Shown here: positions 57,209-64,000 of the stretch, in pieces | How positions within the stretch are numbered: the first letter of the stretch is position 1 | How the letters are laid out: each line of letters starts with the position of its first letter | NCBI GenBank assembly: GCA_963677435.1 | Contig: OY781945.1 | Coordinates: 928,001-992,000 of the forward strand | DNA length: 64,000 nucleotides | DNA from: an uncultured Aliarcobacter sp. | GTDB taxonomy: Bacteria; Campylobacterota; Campylobacteria; Campylobacterales; Arcobacteraceae | Direction: 5' to 3' | Made by a program: the position numbers and the translations under genes | Notes under the pieces: generated by a model | Database searches by the model: none | Seen by the model: only the letters and a program-made list of their open reading frames with translations | What the model was told of the DNA's origin: nothing

Positions 57209-58530
57209 TTTTTTGGATAAAAGAAAGCTATTTGTCTTAAAATTTTTATTTTTTCATCTTCTTGTGTAAATATCTCTATTGAAATTTTAGATGGTCTTTT
57301 TTCTAATTTTTTGAAATCATCTGTAGTTTCTAAAATTAGAATCTTTTTAGTTTTTTCACCAGCTTTTAGTTTAACACTTTCAAATCTTTTTATTTTAAAA
57401 TCTTTGTCATCAATCAGTCTAATATCAAAAGTATAATCTTTATCTTGAGTATTATGAATAGTTAAAATATAGTTATTTGAAATCACATTATTTTCTTTAA
57501 CACTATAAAGTTCTGTTGTTTTATTTACATTTACTAAAAAGTTCTCTTTTTCTAGTGAGAAATAAAATGCTAGGAATATACATAAAAATAGTGAAACAAA
57601 ATATGTTGTATTTTTTTTAGTAAAAATCGATACATTTTTTTTGTTTAAAACTTTGTTTGTACTTCCCCAATGAATTAGTGACTCTTTATTTAATTTTCCC
57701 ATTACACTAGCACAAGCATCACTACATTCAAGACAGTTTATACACTCAACTTGTAAACCTTTTCTAATATCAATGTGAGTAGGGCAAACTTTTACACAAG
57801 CTTCACAAGTTGTACACTCTTCATTGCTACTCCACTCTTTTACTTTGAAAATTGATTTAACATTGTTTTCATAAACTTTTCCACCTCTGTTGTAATCGTA
57901 ATTTACTTGCTTAGTATCATCATCATATAAAACAGATTGAATTCTAGAATATGGACAAATATAAACACAGAAATTTTCTTTCATAAAAACTATGTCATAT
58001 ACTAAAAATAGGGCAACTGTTAAAATAAATATAAACATAAAACTATGATCTAGTGGATTTTGTACATAAACAAAAAAGTCTTCAGGTGGAATAAAATAAA
58101 GCATAAAATTTGAAGAAATTATTAAAGTAATCACAAACCATAATAAAACTGCAATATATTTTTTGATTTGATTTGAACCTTTACTATAATCAATATCTTT
58201 TTGTTTATTTTTAATTCTTCTTAAATCAAGAATTGTACTTTCAATCAAATCTCTATAAATAACCCTAAACATAGTTTGTGGACAACTCCATCCACACCAG
58301 ATTCTTCCGAATATTGAAGTTAGTGCAAAAATCCCTATGAATAAAAACATAAGTAAAAATGGCATAACATAAAGTTCGCTAACACTATATACAAGTCCTA
58401 TAAAATGGAATTGTAATTTATCAAAAGAGAGTAACAATAAATGATTGTCGTTTATTGTTATAAAAGGCACTAACATGATAAATAGTGTTAATGCAAAGTA
58501 GACAAAATATCTTTTTTTAGAATAAGTCAT
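57205..58530 (-). CDS. ccoG: Cytochrome c oxidase accessory protein CcoG/FixG family
   Basis: GRIWCGWSCPQT, FCVYICPY, CTTCEACVKVCP.HIDIR and CINCLECSDAC. Confidence 0.92.
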   Translation of the reverse strand: MTYSKKRYFVYFALTLFIMLVPFITINDNHLLLLSFDKLQFHFIGLVYSVSELYVMPFLLMFLFIGIFALTSIFGRIWCGWSCPQTMFRVIYRDLIESTILDLRRIKNKQKDIDYSKGSNQIKKYIAVLLWFVITLIISSNFMLYFIPPEDFFVYVQNPLDHSFMFIFILTVALFLVYDIVFMKENFCVYICPYSRIQSVLYDDDTKQVNYDYNRGGKVYENNVKSIFKVKEWSSNEECTTCEACVKVCPTHIDIRKGLQVECINCLECSDACASVMGKLNKESLIHWGSTNKVLNKKNVSIFTKKNTTYFVSLFLCIFLAFYFSLEKENFLVNVNKTTELYSVKENNVISNNYILTIHNTQDKDYTFDIRLIDDKDFKIKRFESVKLKAGEKTKKILILETTDDFKKLEKRPSKISIEIFTQEDEKIKILRQIAFFYPKN

Positions 58531-58659
58531 AAAAGCTCCTTTATTTTTTATATCTTAAGTAAAAATAGTGTTCATTTGGTGGTATTAATTTTAAATTTAT
58601 ATTGTTTTATTTAGGGTATAAGATGTATAATTCGCTCAATTTAGACAGAGGATAAGAGA

Positions 58660-59361
58660 GTGGGAAAATCAAAATATGTTTTTGGATTTTTGTTGTTTGG
58701 TGTAGTTAGTTTATTTGCTCAATCAAATAGATATGATGTTAAATCAGCTATTGTAGAGTACGAAATTTCAGGTAATGGTGATGTTATGGGAAGTGAAGCA
58801 TCTGTAAGTGGAACTAGTAAGTTATACTTTAAAGATTATGGACAACTAGAGTTATCGGAAGAGAAAATAGTACAAACTGTTACCGATGATAAAGAGGAAG
58901 AACATAACATTACAAAAATAGTTGGTAATAAGATTTATAATGTTGATTTTGAAGAACAAGTAACTTATCAACAAGAGATGGTTGTAGATGAAGAGAATCC
59001 TTTTTTAAATTTAAAAAATAGTGAAACACTTAGTTCTATGGGAGCTAAAAAAATTGGTTCAGAAGAAATCTTAGGTTACAAATGTGATATTTGGCAATTA
59101 GGTGAAGATAAGATTTGGATTTATAATACAGTTCCATTAAAATTTGTAAGTAAATCTTTGGGAATTGTTCAAATACAACAAGCAAAATTGGCTGTATTTA
59201 ATATCGATATAAAAGATGATAAATTTAAATTACCGCCTTTTCCTGTAAAAGTTATGGATGATGTATTAAATAATAATTCTGAAGTTCCTGAATTAAGTCC
59301 TGATCAAGAAAAAATGGTAGAAGATATGATGAAACAAACAGGAAAAACTTACTCAAAATAG
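58660..59361 (+). CDS. Exported hypothetical protein
   Basis: Signal peptide (LFA/QS), beta-rich body, G.E.ILGYKC..W pattern and FKLP. Confidence 0.75.
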   Translation: MGKSKYVFGFLLFGVVSLFAQSNRYDVKSAIVEYEISGNGDVMGSEASVSGTSKLYFKDYGQLELSEEKIVQTVTDDKEEEHNITKIVGNKIYNVDFEEQVTYQQEMVVDEENPFLNLKNSETLSSMGAKKIGSEEILGYKCDIWQLGEDKIWIYNTVPLKFVSKSLGIVQIQQAKLAVFNIDIKDDKFKLPPFPVKVMDDVLNNNSEVPELSPDQEKMVEDMMKQTGKTYSK

Positions 59362-59427
59362 ATAGAAATTTGTACTAAGATTTATAAAAAAGATTATAAA
59401 TTTAGTACAAAATATTAAAAGTAAAAC

Positions 59428-61362
59428 CTAAGAGTTTAAAACTTTTAGGTTTTTTTCTTTACATAAAATTATAGTAGTTAAAATAAATGCTATTGATCCT
59501 ACAATTGTATTAAACATCATAATAGCAAAAATAGATAAGAATAATGAAGTAAGTATAAATTGCTTGTTTTTAGTAACTAAAGTAATAACTGCACTAAAAA
59601 TAGCAATAATTCCAAATACTCCAATATATCCTAAATATCCAATTTCATTTTTGAAACCACAAAGTAGTGTATCACCATTTAAATTACATTGGCTTATAAT
59701 ATCTTTATCTGAAACAAATCCATATCTAAATGAAGCTGCAATTGCAAAAAATACTACAATATATTTAATTACATTTTTTAAACTACTAAATGAAGTATCT
59801 TTACTTCCTCTAAATAGTATAAATGTGAAAATTAAAGCAATAATAACCCAAATATTTGAGAAAATATTTAAAGAACCCTCATTATAAAATGTGATACCTG
59901 TCGTTATTAAAAGAGTTAAAAATGATAATTTCTCAAATTCTTTAAACTGCATATTTGCAAATTTACCACCATATAGTAATATAAATGAAATTGCAGAAAT
60001 AGCAAAAATATATACTTCAAAGTTTCTATATCTTCCTTCAAAAGCAAGTATTATTGTTGAAATTAATACAAAAATAAATGATGAATAAAATAACATCATT
60101 GGTAAAGTATTAGAATTTATATGTTTATCTTTTATAATTTCTCTAATGCCAACAATTTCAGGTTTTGTATTTTTAGCAATACTTGAAAGTGCAAAATAGT
60201 AGATGAAAATATGTGTTATTAGAACTAAAGTTGCCCAAATAACTTCTCCACTTGATCTAACAGTTATATCAAACTGTTCCATCTGTAGCATATATAAAAT
60301 TGCAAAAAGAGTATTTACAACACTAAATAAAACTACTTTTTTTGTTGAAATAGTTGAGTTTTTTAATAAAAATGAAAAAACTAAAACAAGTAGAATAGAA
60401 CCAAAACCTAAATATTTATAATTTGGGAAATCTGAAACTTCACCCGTAAATACATGTTTATCAACTCTATCTTTGTCAAAAAATCCCCAATATCCTCCAA
60501 CAGCACCTTCACTTTGTCTTTTCCATGGTTGGTCAAAAGCTTCAATAATGTTGTAATTCCAGTTTTTTTCTTGTGCTAATTTTACAAATTCTCTCACAAA
60601 AGTTGCTTGATTTGTTTTACTTGGAAGTGCATCTTCTCTCATTCTTCCCTCAGATGGCCAACCTGTCTCTCCAATTAAGATATTTTTATCTTTTAAAATT
60701 GCTTCAACTTCTTCTCTTACATTTGCTAAGTGTTTAATTGAATCATTAATATTCATAGGATCATCTTCCCAATAAGGAAGAATATGAATTGTAACAAAAT
60801 CAGTAACTTCTCTAATATTTGGATATTTTAACCAATATTCCCAAACATCAGCATAAGTAACTTGAGTATCAGGAAGTGCTGCTTTTACTTGTTTGATATA
60901 TTTATAAAGTTGTTTATCAGATAAATCTCCTCTTAATAAAGCTTCATTTCCAACAACAACAGCTTTTACTATGTCTTTATTTTCACTTGCAAGTTTAATT
61001 AAAGTAGTAATCTCTTTTTGTGTTGATTTTTCATCTCCATTTACCCAAGCTCCCATAAGCATTTTTAGATTATTTTCTCTTGCAATTTTAGGAATCATCT
61101 CTAAACCTACAGTTGAATAAGTTCTAATACAATCTGTATATTTTGAAAGTAATTGCAAGTCATTTTTAATAAGCTCTTCCGAGATTACTAAACCTTTATC
61201 CATCATAAAAGGTGAATCATCTTTTCCAAATGGAGCATAAGATACACATTGAAGTTTTGAAAAAGTACTTGAATTATCTTTTAAAACTAAAACTGCCCCT
61301 AAAATATACCAAAATAGTACAACAACAAATAAACTTGCTAGAGTTAGTGATATTTTTTTCAT
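59428..61362 (-). CDS. GH17 glycoside hydrolase/transglycosylase with multi-TM C-terminus (NdvC-like)
   Basis: CVSYAPF, IRTYS, VVGNEAL, HILPYWE, IGETGWPS and EAFDQPWK, then about 10 TM helices. Confidence 0.85.
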   Translation of the reverse strand: MKKISLTLASLFVVVLFWYILGAVLVLKDNSSTFSKLQCVSYAPFGKDDSPFMMDKGLVISEELIKNDLQLLSKYTDCIRTYSTVGLEMIPKIARENNLKMLMGAWVNGDEKSTQKEITTLIKLASENKDIVKAVVVGNEALLRGDLSDKQLYKYIKQVKAALPDTQVTYADVWEYWLKYPNIREVTDFVTIHILPYWEDDPMNINDSIKHLANVREEVEAILKDKNILIGETGWPSEGRMREDALPSKTNQATFVREFVKLAQEKNWNYNIIEAFDQPWKRQSEGAVGGYWGFFDKDRVDKHVFTGEVSDFPNYKYLGFGSILLVLVFSFLLKNSTISTKKVVLFSVVNTLFAILYMLQMEQFDITVRSSGEVIWATLVLITHIFIYYFALSSIAKNTKPEIVGIREIIKDKHINSNTLPMMLFYSSFIFVLISTIILAFEGRYRNFEVYIFAISAISFILLYGGKFANMQFKEFEKLSFLTLLITTGITFYNEGSLNIFSNIWVIIALIFTFILFRGSKDTSFSSLKNVIKYIVVFFAIAASFRYGFVSDKDIISQCNLNGDTLLCGFKNEIGYLGYIGVFGIIAIFSAVITLVTKNKQFILTSLFLSIFAIMMFNTIVGSIAFILTTIILCKEKNLKVLNS

Positions 61363-61415
61363 TATATTTTCACTACAGCTTCAAATGAAGCTTTTACATA
61401 ATTTTTCTTTGACAT
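61362..61415 (-). CDS. 17-codon upstream ORF MSKKNYVKASFEAVVKI coupled to the GH17 gene (not in ORF track)
   Basis: SD AGGA before ATG 61415; stop overlaps the GH17 start as TAATG. Confidence 0.4.
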   Translation of the reverse strand: MSKKNYVKASFEAVVKI

Positions 61416-61434
61416 TTTTTTCCTAATTATAAAA

Positions 61435-62667
61435 TTATCTAACTTGACCAGAACCATAAATTTTGTATTTAAAAGTTGTTAAATCACTTATTCCCATTGG
61501 TCCTCTTGCATGAAGTTTATTTGTAGAAATACCAACTTCAGCTCCTAATCCAAAAGCTCCACCATCAGTGAATCTTGTACTTGCATTTGCATAAACACAA
61601 GCGGCATCAACTTCATTTAAAAATTTATTTACAGTTGAATAATTTTCACTTAAAATTGACTCTGAGTGTCCTGAACCATGTCTTTGAATATGAATAATCG
61701 CTTCATCCACATTTTTTACAAGTTTAATATTTAAAATATTAGCTAAATATTCTGTATCATAATCTTCAAGGCTTGCTGGAACTACTCTTATATATTTTAA
61801 AGTTTCACTGCAACCTTTTAAAATTGTTCCTTGTTCTGCAAATGCATCTTCAAGTCCAGATAAAATATATGGTGCAATATCTTCATGAATTAAAAGTGTT
61901 TCCATTGAATTACAAGCACTTGGTCTTTGACATTTTGCATTTATTGCAATATCAATTATTTTAGCAGGTGCTGCATCTTTATCCACATAAATATGACAAA
62001 TACCTTTATCATGTTTTATAACTGGAACAGATGAATTTTCACTTACATATTTAATTAAAGCTTCACCACCACGAGGAACAATTAAATCCACATATTTATT
62101 TTGTTTTATAAGTTTTGCAACACCTTCTCTACTAGAATCTGGAAGTAAAGATATCGCTTGTTCTGGTAGTTTATTTTTTGCTAATACTTCTTTTAAAACA
62201 ACAGCAATTGCTTTGTTTGAGTGTTCAGCTTCTTTTCCACCTTTTAAAACACATACATTTCCACTTTTAAAACAAAGTGCAGCTGTATCACTTGTAACAT
62301 TTGGACGGCTTTCATAAATAATACCAATTACTCCAATTGGAATAGATACTTTTTGGATGTTTAAACCATCTTTTGTAATCCAACCATCTAAGATTTTTCC
62401 TACTGGTTCAGTTTGTGATGCAATTTGTCTAATTGCATCAGACATCTCTTTTACTCGCTCTCCTGTTAAAAGTAATCTATCTTGTAAAGCTTCACTTAAA
62501 TTGTTTACTCTTGCGTCTATCATATCTTTTTCATTATGTGAAATGATAAAATCACAGTGATTCATTAAAGCATCAGCCATTTCATTTAAAACTTTATTTT
62601 TAACAGCAGTACTTAGGTTTGCAATAGTTCGGCTAGATCTTTTAGCCTCTTCTAAAAATGCTTGCAT
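61435..62667 (-). CDS. proA: Gamma-glutamyl phosphate reductase
   Basis: IIYESRPNVT, LKGGKEA, SACNSME, NASTRFTDG and KLHARGPMG motifs. Confidence 0.97.
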   Translation of the reverse strand: MQAFLEEAKRSSRTIANLSTAVKNKVLNEMADALMNHCDFIISHNEKDMIDARVNNLSEALQDRLLLTGERVKEMSDAIRQIASQTEPVGKILDGWITKDGLNIQKVSIPIGVIGIIYESRPNVTSDTAALCFKSGNVCVLKGGKEAEHSNKAIAVVLKEVLAKNKLPEQAISLLPDSSREGVAKLIKQNKYVDLIVPRGGEALIKYVSENSSVPVIKHDKGICHIYVDKDAAPAKIIDIAINAKCQRPSACNSMETLLIHEDIAPYILSGLEDAFAEQGTILKGCSETLKYIRVVPASLEDYDTEYLANILNIKLVKNVDEAIIHIQRHGSGHSESILSENYSTVNKFLNEVDAACVYANASTRFTDGGAFGLGAEVGISTNKLHARGPMGISDLTTFKYKIYGSGQVR

Positions 62668-62684
62668 AATAATTCCTATAAAAT

Positions 62685-62984
62685 TTATTTTTTGTTGTCA
62701 GGTATAAATTTAAAAAATAGATATAAAACACCTAACATAACTATGATTGTAATAATACTCATAACATTTATTTCAACTTCAGGACCAACACCTCTTTGGT
62801 AGTTTTTAGGCATAAATAAAAACATTGATGAAAGTAACATAAAAGATGAGGTTATAACTGCAATTAAATGTGCAAAAACTTTATGAATTTTAGTGATATA
62901 AAAGTCTTTTACCATTTTCCATGTTAAAAATGCAGATGTAAGTACTATAAGAAGTACAATAATTTTTTCATATTGTGGTTCCAA
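62685..62984 (-). CDS. Small three-TM membrane protein
   Basis: Three hydrophobic segments; AAAGGA SD upstream. Confidence 0.7.
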   Translation of the reverse strand: MEPQYEKIIVLLIVLTSAFLTWKMVKDFYITKIHKVFAHLIAVITSSFMLLSSMFLFMPKNYQRGVGPEVEINVMSIITIIVMLGVLYLFFKFIPDNKK

Positions 62985-63128
62985 TAATAATCCTTTTTAT
63001 AATTTAAGTATTTTATGTATAATATACTTAAATAAGCCTTTTTTAAAGCTTTCTAGCGTAAAAAATCATTCTAATATTTCTAAAAATATAATAGCCATTA
63101 TCATTTATATTTTAATCTAATAATTTTT

Positions 63129-63347
63129 TTATTTACAAACACCACTATCTTTTAAAATCTCTTTTATTTGTTTGCACTTTTTATTATCAATATATAGATT
63201 TAACCAAGATTCAACCCAATATGGAACATTTCGTCCATTATTTCCCCATGAGTTTACACTTTGATATTTTAATCCTAAATATTCTGAAAATGTTCGTTTA
63301 TTAAAATCGGCTTTTTTTAATAATTTTTTGAAATTTTCTTTTTCCAT
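63129..63347 (-). CDS. Small XRE-like HTH protein (72 aa)
   Basis: FKKLLKKADFNKRTFSEYLGLKYQSVNSWG...VPYWVESWL; GGAG SD before ATG 63347. Confidence 0.75.
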   Translation of the reverse strand: MEKENFKKLLKKADFNKRTFSEYLGLKYQSVNSWGNNGRNVPYWVESWLNLYIDNKKCKQIKEILKDSGVCK

Positions 63348-63477
63348 ATCTCTCCACCAAATAGTATGCAAAAGTATATCATAAATTGATAAATAGTATA
63401 TAAATAAATATATATTTAAGTATATTATTATTTTAATAAGCATATAATCAAACCGCATAAAAATCAAGGAAAATAAC

Positions 63478-63591
63478 ATGAGAATAAAAGCCTTTTTAAC
63501 AAGTGGAAGATTTAAGATTATTAGTGTGTTTAAAATAGATGATATAAAAAATATAGCTGCTGTCTATCCTAGATGGGAATATGTTTTGTAA
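63478..63591 (+). CDS. 37-aa protein MRIKAFLTSGRFKIISVFKIDDIKNIAAVYPRWEYVL (not in ORF track)
   Basis: TATAAT at 63443, SD AAGGA, ATG 63478, TAA ending 63591. Confidence 0.6.
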   Translation: MRIKAFLTSGRFKIISVFKIDDIKNIAAVYPRWEYVL

Positions 63592-63666
63592 TTACCCTAT
63601 ATATTTATAGTTATTATTTCATTAATGTATAGATGTTAAAATAAACAAAAAATTAATGGATAAATT

Positions 63667-63981
63667 ATGGGAATTAAAGACATACTAAAAGAGAACTCAA
63701 ATAAATTATTGAGCATTGCTAGTGAAAATGCTACAAAAGCTTTTGATTATCCAAAAATTAAGAGTAGACAATTAAAAGAATCAATAAATCTAAAAATTAG
63801 AGAAAAAGCTATATTAGCTACAAAAGCTAGATTAGTGGAAAATCACAAAACATTTGATGATTATAGTGATGAACAATTAGAAATTATAATTGCAGATGAA
63901 GAGAGAAAAATTATTGATGATTTAAAAACAAAATCCCTTGTTGTTGCCCTTGCTGCTCTTGGGCTTAACTTTATTGTATAG
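63667..63981 (+). CDS. Hypothetical protein with hydrophobic C-terminus
   Basis: 104-aa ORF, GGA SD, C-terminal SLVVALAALGLNFIV. Confidence 0.7.
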   Translation: MGIKDILKENSNKLLSIASENATKAFDYPKIKSRQLKESINLKIREKAILATKARLVENHKTFDDYSDEQLEIIIADEERKIIDDLKTKSLVVALAALGLNFIV

Positions 63982-64000
63982 AGTTTAAATGTTTAAACAA

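Noticed and set aside
51655..63981. Prophage spanning the lysozyme-like and HTH genes
   Set aside because: The intervening genes are metabolic or regulatory; no structural, terminase or integrase genes.

Overview
AT-rich chromosomal window from an Arcobacteraceae bacterium (Campylobacterota), identified from the 16S sequence and the Arcobacter-type GyrA N-terminus. In order it holds: the 3' part of gltB plus gltD; an IMPase, a ferredoxin and ppx; a ~22 kb LPS/LOS core locus (waaC to gmhB) whose gene set resembles the Klebsiella-type GalA core pathway; housekeeping genes (rpmB, K+ channel, argJ, gyrA, asd, hemE); three identical tRNA-Asn genes followed by an orphan 391-aa ORF; a GlnRS-YqeY fusion; a full rRNA operon and an atypical tRNA-Thr; an iron cluster (feoAB, fur, flavodoxin operon); and a mixed region (lysozyme-like gene, two small HTH proteins, nitrilase, PMM/PGM, Ogt-like, two-component system, ccoG, membrane GH17, proA). 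The best candidate for an undescribed system is a Fur-boxed operon encoding a 21-aa CxC peptide missing from the ORF track, a Cys-tailed DUF2325 protein, an apparently nuclease-dead McrC-like protein and flavodoxin. Other points of interest are a tRNA-adjacent orphan with a BECR-like C-terminus, gmhB apparently starting at ATT, several pseudo-enzymes and several small ORFs below the track cut-off. No integrase, transposase or CRISPR array was seen. All family assignments come from motif recognition by eye, not database searches.
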